Shown: positions 57,633-64,000 of the stretch, piece after piece
Layout: each line of letters begins with the position of its first letter
Position numbering within the stretch: the first letter of the stretch is position 1
NCBI GenBank assembly: GCA_041660885.1
Contig: JBAZVM010000001.1
Location: 102,698-166,697 of the forward strand
Source: Patescibacteria group bacterium
Lineage (GTDB): Bacteria > Patescibacteriota > Patescibacteriia > UBA9570 > JAHJKD01
Reading direction: 5' to 3'
DNA: 64,000 nucleotides
Notes under the pieces: generated by a model
What the model was told of the DNA's origin: nothing
What the model saw: the letters and a program-made list of their open reading frames with translations, nothing else
The model's database searches: none
Made by a program: the position numbers and the translations under genes

Positions 57633-57827
57633 ATGGCAAAAAAAGAATTTAATTTCACGCAAAAATTTAATGAATTGGAAAAAATAACACAGGAATTGGA
57701 AAACGGAGATTTGGATTTGGAAGTCAGCTTAAAGCAATTTGAAAAAGGATTGAAGATTGCTTCAGAATTAAAGAGACATTTAAATGAAGCGGAAAATAAA
57801 ATTAAAACATTAAAGAAGAATAAATAA
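57633..57827 (+). CDS. xseB: exodeoxyribonuclease VII small subunit
   Basis: FNELEKITQELENGDLDLEVSLKQFEKGLKIASELKRHL. Confidence 0.85.
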   Translation: MAKKEFNFTQKFNELEKITQELENGDLDLEVSLKQFEKGLKIASELKRHLNEAENKIKTLKKNK

Positions 57828-57828
57828 T

Positions 57829-58647
57829 ATGAAGTTTGTATTAAAATTTATTCTGGGGTTAGTTGTTATCGTCGCCATGATATTATTAATGGTTTATTTA
57901 TTCGCTCCCAGCCGATATAATATTTTAGTTATCGGGTCGGATCAGCGCGCGGAAGGCTTGAAAGAAGGAGACGCAACAGTCACGCGAGGAAGATCCGATG
58001 TACTTATGGTGGTTTCCGTTCCAAAGAGTTATAAGGAAAAAATTTCCATAGTAATGATTCCGCGTGACTCTAAAATCGATGATGATGATTACGGCGTGCA
58101 AAAAATAACGCATTATTACGCCATGGAAGAGCGTTATGAAAGCGATACTTTGGGCAATCTGCCGTTAACGCAGAAAAAAGTGGAAACATTGCTAAACAAA
58201 AGAATGAACGCCACTTTTGAAGTAACCTTTTCCGGGTTTGCCGATATTATAACCTTGCTCGATGGCGTTGACACGGCCAGCGGCCATTTAAACGCCGATG
58301 ACGCTGTAGAGCTGGTGCGCAATCGCTATAGCCAGAAGAACGGTGATTTCGGCCGCGCCGCGGAACAGCGAGAAATTATTAAAGGAGCTATGATAAAAAT
58401 AAAACAGATGTCCTATGCGAAAAAAGTTTATGAATATATTAATACCGCGCCTGATGCCAGGCTAAAATGGGATCGTGCCGCCACTTATGCTTTTGGCTTG
58501 GCTTTTTTAATGGGGCATATCGGGCATTTGGACATTGGCGAGATTGAAGAAGTGGAGCTGCCCGGCCAAGGTATGCGCTATAATGGCTTGTATTATTGGG
58601 AGCTGGATCAAGAAAAAGTAGAAGAAATCGTTAAAGAGTATTTATAA
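57829..58647 (+). CDS. LytR-CpsA-Psr (LCP) family cell-wall polymer transferase
   Basis: N-terminal TM segment, NILVIGSDQR...RSDVLMVVSV...IPRDS. Confidence 0.8.
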   Translation: MKFVLKFILGLVVIVAMILLMVYLFAPSRYNILVIGSDQRAEGLKEGDATVTRGRSDVLMVVSVPKSYKEKISIVMIPRDSKIDDDDYGVQKITHYYAMEERYESDTLGNLPLTQKKVETLLNKRMNATFEVTFSGFADIITLLDGVDTASGHLNADDAVELVRNRYSQKNGDFGRAAEQREIIKGAMIKIKQMSYAKKVYEYINTAPDARLKWDRAATYAFGLAFLMGHIGHLDIGEIEEVELPGQGMRYNGLYYWELDQEKVEEIVKEYL

Positions 58648-58649
58648 TC

Positions 58650-59393
58650 ATGTTTAAAGCTTCGGCTTTTAAATTGAAAATGTTTGCTCTCTGCCCGCAG
58701 CAGTATAAGTTTTATTATATCGATGATCTGGCCAAAGAATTTAAAAAGCCCAAGCCCTACCTTACCATGGGCGCACACGTGCACAACGCATTGCACGATT
58801 TTTACGAGAAGTTTCCGCCGAAACAGCGCACTTGGGAAAATTTAGAGAAACTATTGCGCAAGCGCTGGCTGGAAAATCGCGATGGCTTTGCCGGAAAAGA
58901 AGAAGAAAAAAAATTCGGCATGAAGGCTCTGCAAATGCTTAAGTTCTATTTTCATAAAAATGACGTATTAAAAACACCGGTGATGCTGGAAGATTATTAT
59001 GATACCGAAGTGGATGAAAACTTAAAAGTTTTAGGGCGCATAGACAGGGTAGATGAAGAAGAAACGGGACTGCATGTGATAGATTATAAGACAGGAAAGG
59101 TAGACGAAGAAGATATATCTGATTTACAGCTTATTCTTTACTCCTTGATCATGGCGCGCAACACTAAAAAGCCGGTGGTAAAAGCTTCTTACTTATATTT
59201 GCAAAATAATCAATGGCATACTATAAATATAACTGAAGAGAAATTTAATGAAGCAGTGGAAACCATAAAAAAGCAAGTGGAGAAAATTAGAGCGGAAAAA
59301 GAATTCGCACCAAGAATAAATAAGCTCTGCAAACATTGCGATTTTATGGAGATTTGTCCAAAACGAGAAGAAATAAGTAAAATACATGAATAA
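58650..59393 (+). CDS. PD-(D/E)XK nuclease, Cas4/RecB-like with a 4-Cys cluster
   Basis: C15 (FALCP) plus C-terminal CKHCDFMEIC. Nuclease motifs GRIDRVD, HVIDYKTGK and QLILYSL. Confidence 0.7.
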   Translation: MFKASAFKLKMFALCPQQYKFYYIDDLAKEFKKPKPYLTMGAHVHNALHDFYEKFPPKQRTWENLEKLLRKRWLENRDGFAGKEEEKKFGMKALQMLKFYFHKNDVLKTPVMLEDYYDTEVDENLKVLGRIDRVDEEETGLHVIDYKTGKVDEEDISDLQLILYSLIMARNTKKPVVKASYLYLQNNQWHTINITEEKFNEAVETIKKQVEKIRAEKEFAPRINKLCKHCDFMEICPKREEISKIHE

Positions 59394-60180
59394 CAAAATA
59401 GTCTACGATATCGAAACGCAAAAAACCTTCGGCGAGGTGGGCGGACTCAACAGCAATCATCATAAATTGGGTGTTTCTTTTGTTGGGGTTTATTCTTATT
59501 CGCAGAATAAGTATTTTGGTTTTTTAGAAAAAGACATACCAGTCTTAGAAAAAATATTAATAAACGAAAAGCCGCAGATAATCGGTTTTAACAGCAAGGG
59601 TTTTGATAATAAAGTTATTAAGCCGTATCTAAAAAAGCTGGATATAGATGAATTGCCGCAGATGGATATATTGGAAGAAATAGCCAGGGTGCTTGGTTTT
59701 CGTATAAAGCTGGAAAGCGCGGCTCAAGCCACTTTGGGCGAAGGTAAAAGCGGCACCGGGCTGGATGCCATTCGCTATTATAAAGAAAAGGATTTTGATT
59801 CCTTGGCTAAGTATTGCTTGGATGATGTGCGCATTACCAAAGATTTATTTGAATACGGCCGTGCGCATGGCCGGCTTTACTATTTTGCCGGCGGACAAAA
59901 AATGCCCATTCCCATTTCTTGGGGAGACGCGCCAACCGTAGAGGAAAAAATAATAAAAGCGCATAATGAACATAAACGCGTAAAAATAAAATATTTCATG
60001 CTCGATGAAAAGCAAAAAAAAAGCGTGCTTGATACCAATATAGACATTTTAAAAATTAAAGGCCAAATTCTCACCGCCTTCTGCCACCTTAGCTGCAAAC
60101 AAAAAGATTTTATCATTAATCAAATACTGGAAGCGGAATTAACGGGCGAGGTTTACGCCCATCAAGCTTCTCTGGTATAA
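59386..60180 (+). CDS. DEDD (RNase H-fold) 3'-5' exonuclease with an extra WYL-like C-terminal domain
   Basis: Exo motifs VYDIET, GFNSKGFDNKVI and YCLDDV. The C-terminal ~80 aa, RVKIKYFMLDE...ILTAFCHLSCKQKDFIINQI, resembles the WYL pattern (weak call). Confidence 0.55.
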   Translation: MNNKIVYDIETQKTFGEVGGLNSNHHKLGVSFVGVYSYSQNKYFGFLEKDIPVLEKILINEKPQIIGFNSKGFDNKVIKPYLKKLDIDELPQMDILEEIARVLGFRIKLESAAQATLGEGKSGTGLDAIRYYKEKDFDSLAKYCLDDVRITKDLFEYGRAHGRLYYFAGGQKMPIPISWGDAPTVEEKIIKAHNEHKRVKIKYFMLDEKQKKSVLDTNIDILKIKGQILTAFCHLSCKQKDFIINQILEAELTGEVYAHQASLV

Positions 60181-60187
60181 TAAAATT

Positions 60188-60748
60188 ATGCAAGCTCAAG
60201 AATATCGTTTAACCGTTCCCAACGAAGAAGTATATAATCAAATATATAAAGATTACGTTGGCTCTTTAAAGCAAGCTAAAATAATGATTAGCGATTATTA
60301 TGATACGAAAGATTTAACTATGCTTAAAGAAGGGGTTGTTCTACGCCAAAGGGTAGATGACGGCCGCACCATCGTGCAGATGAAAAAGCAACTGAAATTA
60401 ACAGAAGATAATTTATTTATTTCCGAATCTAAAGAAGAAGTGCAAAGCAATTTAGAAGGATCTAAAATGTATCATTTTGTGTTAAACCAGTTTAAGCAAG
60501 CTAAATTGGAAAATGTTTTAACTCTGCGCACGTTGCGCCAAATGTATTTTGCTCAGGATTTTGATTTTATTTTAGATAAAACTTTTTACGAAGATAAAAT
60601 CCATAACAAAAAAGGGCAATTATTTGAAATAGAAATGGAGATCTTAAACTTAAATACCGGAGATAAAGCGTTTATCGAAAGAATGGAGAAGAAATACCAT
60701 TTGGAGAAAAGCCATTACACGAAGATGGAAAGAATTTTATTGAAATAA
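60188..60748 (+). CDS. CYTH-like (triphosphate tunnel) domain protein
   Basis: Weak pattern only: N-terminal EYRL, LRQR, QMKK, and C-terminal FEIEMEI (ExExE). Confidence 0.35.
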   Translation: MQAQEYRLTVPNEEVYNQIYKDYVGSLKQAKIMISDYYDTKDLTMLKEGVVLRQRVDDGRTIVQMKKQLKLTEDNLFISESKEEVQSNLEGSKMYHFVLNQFKQAKLENVLTLRTLRQMYFAQDFDFILDKTFYEDKIHNKKGQLFEIEMEILNLNTGDKAFIERMEKKYHLEKSHYTKMERILLK

Positions 60749-60978
60749 AAAGGATTTTTCTTATATTTTTTTCTTGTTTTTCTTCGAGCATTTATTCCAT
60801 GGGTTTGCCAATAAGCTTTTTTAATACTGGGGCCGAATATTTCAACCAATACTTTTTCCGGCATTTGTTTGAATTGGCCGATGGTTTTTATTTCAAATTT
60901 TCGTAATACCAAAGCAGTGCGCTGGCCAATGCCAGGCAGAAGTTCGATGGGGACTGTGCTTTGCTTTGAGTAAGACAT
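60715..60978 (-). pseudogene. remnant of a Y-family DNA polymerase (DinB); only the helix-hairpin-helix thumb segment remains
   Basis: 87 aa. VPIELLPGIGQRTALVLRKFEIKTIGQF...LVEIFG...HGI matches the LPGVG..T...L...GI.TIGDL...L...FG region of Pol IV. The palm and little-finger domains are absent. It lies directly downstream of lexA. Confidence 0.5.
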
Positions 60979-61018
60979 ATAAATTAATTTTCAATTTGTA
61001 ATTATCAATTTTCAATGA

Positions 61019-61630
61019 TTAGAACTTCCTTATTATTCCGGCGACTTTGCCTTGGATAACGACATTCTTAACTAATAACGGTTTATAATTTCTATTTCTC
61101 GGCTGTAAGCGAATGTATTTTTTTTCTCTGTGAAACTCTTTTAAAGTGGCTGTGCCATCTTCCAATAAAGCGACAACGATATCGCCGTTATTGGCGTAGT
61201 CGCGTTTTTCCACGACAACATAATCGCCATCGGCTATCAGGCTTTCTACCATGGAATCTCCTTTTACTTTTAGAATATAAGAATTGGGATTGCTAATTAA
61301 CTCTTTGGGCACGGCGATGCTTTCGCTTTTATCTTCTATGGCTTCTATAGGAGCGCCGGCGGTAATCAAACCGGCTATGGGCAGTTCTATCATGCTTCCG
61401 GTTTCCTGTAACGGTCGCTCCATATTTATTTGTAGATCACGCGGTTTATTTTCCGCGCGTTTTATCAAACCCATTTTTTGCAGCTCGGACATATGTTGAT
61501 GCACCGTGGCTACGGAAGATACTTTAATTTTTTTAGCTATCTCCATAAGAGTAGGGTAGTACTGATGCTCTTGAAAATAAGCTTCTAAATAATCGAGTAT
61601 TTTTTTCTTTTTTGGTGTGAGATTGTTCAT
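61019..61630 (-). CDS. lexA: LexA repressor
   Basis: N-terminal wHTH (YPTLMEIAKKIKVSSVATVHQHMSELQKMGLI), an A/G cleavage region, and S24 peptidase motifs GDSM ... GKV. Confidence 0.9.
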   Translation of the reverse strand: MNNLTPKKKKILDYLEAYFQEHQYYPTLMEIAKKIKVSSVATVHQHMSELQKMGLIKRAENKPRDLQINMERPLQETGSMIELPIAGLITAGAPIEAIEDKSESIAVPKELISNPNSYILKVKGDSMVESLIADGDYVVVEKRDYANNGDIVVALLEDGTATLKEFHREKKYIRLQPRNRNYKPLLVKNVVIQGKVAGIIRKF

Positions 61631-61639
61631 AGTGTAATC

Positions 61640-61668
61640 AGCTTAACCGAAAGAAAACCGAAAGTCAA
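61640..61668 (-). promoter_or_regulatory. lexA promoter (TTGACT-17-TAAGCT, minus strand) whose spacer is filled by a direct repeat CTTTCGGTT x2 (11-bp period)
   Basis: The plus strand shows AACCGAAAG at 61645-61653 and again at 61656-61664. The -35 lies at 61663-61668 and the -10 at 61640-61645. Confidence 0.45.
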
Positions 61669-61710
61669 GACTGGCTTGTGGATAAGCTGTTTATGCCCTA
61701 TAATATGGGT

Positions 61711-62133
61711 ATGAAATTAAATATTTTTTCTATCGGGCAGAATAAAAATCAAGCGATAAAAAGCTTGGAACAAGAGTATTTAAAACGCTTAAGCCGTTTT
61801 GTTAAAATTAATGCCCAAGAATTTAAAACAGAAGATAAGCTTGTGAGTTTTTTAAAGAATAATAAATACTATCTTATTGGTCTGGAAGAAAACGGCAAAG
61901 TAATGGATAGTAAATCGTTTAGCGCGTGGCTGAATAAAACCATGCAACATGAAAAAGAAATTGCCTTCGTAATAGCAGATGAATCTGGATTTTCTGCAGA
62001 TCTAAAAAATACTTTTAATTTTCGCCTCTCGCTTTCCCCATTAACTTTCCCGCACGAAATCGCGCGGTTGCTTTTATGCGAACAAGTTTACCGGGCTTTT
62101 ACCATCATAAATCATCATCCTTATCATAAATAG
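61711..62133 (+). CDS. rlmH: 23S rRNA (pseudouridine1915-N3)-methyltransferase
   Basis: MKLNIFSIGQNK...LIGLEENGK...FVIADESGFS...LSLSPLTFPHE (SPOUT family). The start is set at 61711. Confidence 0.85.
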   Translation: MKLNIFSIGQNKNQAIKSLEQEYLKRLSRFVKINAQEFKTEDKLVSFLKNNKYYLIGLEENGKVMDSKSFSAWLNKTMQHEKEIAFVIADESGFSADLKNTFNFRLSLSPLTFPHEIARLLLCEQVYRAFTIINHHPYHK

Positions 62134-62190
62134 TTAAAAAGTATTGTTGTTTCTTTAACATACTAAAATATGGTATAATAATTCTTGCTT

Positions 62191-64000
62191 ATGAAGAATT
62201 ATTTACTTTTATTATTCCTCCTTCTCGCCTTTCCCTTAGCCACCTTTTCCCAAGAAGAATACAGCTTGTCTTTGTTTGAGGAGTTTACCGGTGAAGGGGC
62301 AAGCGACTGGGCTGGTGCGCGAGTTTCTTCTGTTGGTGATGTGAATAATGATGGCTATGATGATATTTTAGTAGGAGCGTGGGGTGACGGTTCAGGGGCC
62401 GGAGCGGCTTATCTTATTTACGGTCAAAGCACGTCATATACCGGCACTATTAGCCTGTCTGACGCGGATGCCAAGTTTACCGGTGAAGCGGCTGGCGATT
62501 ATGCCAGCACTTCCATTTCTTCAGCCGGAGATATAAATGGTGATAGCTACGATGATTTTTTAATAGGCGCGATTTATAATTCTGACGGCGGCTTATATAC
62601 CGGCGCGGCTTATCTTATCTACGGCCAAGCAACGCCATATGCCGGTACTATCAGTTTAGCAGACGCGGATGCCAAGTTTACCGGTGAAGCTGCTGATGAT
62701 GGTGCTGGCATTTCCGTTGCTTCCGCCGGAGACGTAAACAACGATAGCTATGATGATTTTTTAATAGGGGCGAATTGTAATTCTGACGCAGGCTTATATG
62801 CCGGCGCGGCTTATCTTATCTACGGCCAAGCAACGCCATATGCCGGTACTATCAGTTTAGCAGACGCAGATGTCGAGTTTACCGGAGAGGCATCTCGTGA
62901 CGGTGCTGGCAGTTCCGTTTCTTCCGCTGGAGACGTAAACAGCGACAGTTACGATGATATTTTAGTGGGTGCATATTTTAGTGATGACGCAGGCTTATAT
63001 GCCGGCGCCGCTTACCTTATCTACGGCCAAGCAACGCCATATGCCGGTACTATCAGTTTAGCAGACGCGGATGCCAAGTTTACCGGTGAAGCGGCTTTCG
63101 ATTGGGCTTATAATGCCTCTTCTGCCGGAGATGTTAATAGCGACGGCTATGATGATATTTTAGTAGGAGCACCTGATAACGATGATGCCGGCTATGAAGC
63201 CGGTGCCGCCTACTTAGGCTATCTCTATATAGACGCAGACCACGACGGCCTACTTGGTTCTTCTATTCTCTCTTCCGGCACAGACACCAATGACAATGAT
63301 CATGATAATGATGACATAGAAACAGACATAGACTGTAATGATGATGATATTAATGTGGGAAGTGAGATAACCTATTATCAAGATAATGACTTAGACGGTT
63401 TAGGTAATAGTTTAGTAGATTTAGACAGTTGTACTGTTCTTTCAGGGTATGTCACTAATAATACTGATCTTAACGATAATGATCATGATAATGACGGGGT
63501 AAACACAGCAAATGATTGTAATGACGATGATAATACTATTTCAGAAGAAGAAACATATTATAAAGATGGTGATAACGATGGCAAAGGCAATCCTGATAAA
63601 ACCATAGATGTTTGTTCCTATACAGCTCCAGCAGGATACGTAGCCAATGACTATGAAAAGTATAATGAAGGCGCGGTATACGCAAGAGGAACAAAGAAAG
63701 GAGCAGGTGTCGTTAGCCTTTATGACATTAACAATGTTAAGTTAAATCATTGGAAAGCTTTTTTAGAAGGAGGAGTAATAGCAAGATTAGTTGCCATAAA
63801 GAATACTACTTATGTTTTAGCCATAAAAAGAAGATCCGGTTCTACTATGCATATGTATAATACCAATGGAGATATTCTAAAGAAGGAAAGGCTATCACCG
63901 AGATTACATTGGAGAAAACCCGCCATAGGCAATTTAGACAACCAAACAAACACCGAAGAAATAGTAATATCGGCCCAAAGAGGAGAAACAGTTTATTTTA
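62191..64000 (+). CDS. FG-GAP-repeat surface protein with Asp-rich metal-binding-like repeats and the same C-terminal domain as the giant protein (3' end lies beyond the window)
   Basis: Absent from the ORF track because it is truncated. Reads MKNYLLLLFLLLAFPLATFSQ.., then five or more units of ..AGDVNNDGYDDILVGA....GAAYLIYGQ... These are followed by DCNDDD..YYQDNDLDGLG units and then ..RSGSTMHMYN..LSPRLH..IGNL... Confidence 0.8.
   Translation, partial: MKNYLLLLFLLLAFPLATFSQEEYSLSLFEEFTGEGASDWAGARVSSVGDVNNDGYDDILVGAWGDGSGAGAAYLIYGQSTSYTGTISLSDADAKFTGEAAGDYASTSISSAGDINGDSYDDFLIGAIYNSDGGLYTGAAYLIYGQATPYAGTISLADADAKFTGEAADDGAGISVASAGDVNNDSYDDFLIGANCNSDAGLYAGAAYLIYGQATPYAGTISLADADVEFTGEASRDGAGSSVSSAGDVNSDSYDDILVGAYFSDDAGLYAGAAYLIYGQATPYAGTISLADADAKFTGEAAFDWAYNASSAGDVNSDGYDDILVGAPDNDDAGYEAGAAYLGYLYIDADHDGLLGSSILSSGTDTNDNDHDNDDIETDIDCNDDDINVGSEITYYQDNDLDGLGNSLVDLDSCTVLSGYVTNNTDLNDNDHDNDGVNTANDCNDDDNTISEEETYYKDGDNDGKGNPDKTIDVCSYTAPAGYVANDYEKYNEGAVYARGTKKGAGVVSLYDINNVKLNHWKAFLEGGVIARLVAIKNTTYVLAIKRRSGSTMHMYNTNGDILKKERLSPRLHWRKPAIGNLDNQTNTEEIVISAQRGETVYF

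Overview
This is an AT-rich, tightly packed 64-kb window. From gene content I infer a small-genome monoderm of the Candidate Phyla Radiation / Patescibacteria type. That placement is an inference, not a measured one; the supporting content is FemAB, LCP, heliorhodopsin, giant surface proteins, mini-pilin arrays, and a 23S-5S unit with no 16S.

Annotated content, in map order:
- Left end: partial yebC, a PGI/PMI-type isomerase, and two tandem GT-C membrane glycosyltransferase paralogs.
- A nine-member array of VirB2/TrbC-like mini-pilin paralogs, one of them fused to cysteine-rich domains. It is followed by an orphan solute-binding protein, a UGPase-family enzyme, transaldolase and a methyltransferase.
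- A lamin-tail-domain surface protein, then a DUF559 endonuclease bracketed by G/C hairpin repeats.
- A roughly 530-nt GC-rich structured RNA that I could not assign to a family.
- metK behind a SAM riboswitch.
- A 2183-aa beta-helix/cadherin-like giant protein, then tRNA-Leu(TAG) and HAD and HD hydrolases.
- A second unassigned structured RNA (roughly 400 nt), next to a two-gene insert with GC-rich codon usage.
- A 23S-5S rRNA unit without 16S.
- An MFS transporter, a GT-C/GT2 pair, an EndoQ-like nuclease, and a 1125-aa S8 protease.
- A cluster combining heliorhodopsin with Fpg, a DenV-type UV glycosylase, MsrA, hemerythrin and a lycopene-cyclase-domain protein, plus tRNA-Ser(CGA).
- rRNA methyltransferases and a Ca/Na antiporter.
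- A long plus-strand operon: ruvA, femAB, nucleotidyltransferase, yvcK, HAD, xseA (frameshifted), xseB, LCP, a Cas4-like nuclease, a DEDD exonuclease and a CYTH-like protein.
- lexA with a DinB helix-hairpin-helix remnant, rlmH, and a partial FG-GAP surface protein.

No CRISPR array, integrase or transposase was seen. The most interesting signals are the mini-pilin array, the heliorhodopsin repair cluster, the two unassigned structured RNAs, the C-terminal domain shared by the two giant surface proteins, and the STT3-like motifs in the GT-C paralogs.

All coordinates were read by eye. RNA and regulatory boundaries are good to about +/-5-10 nt.
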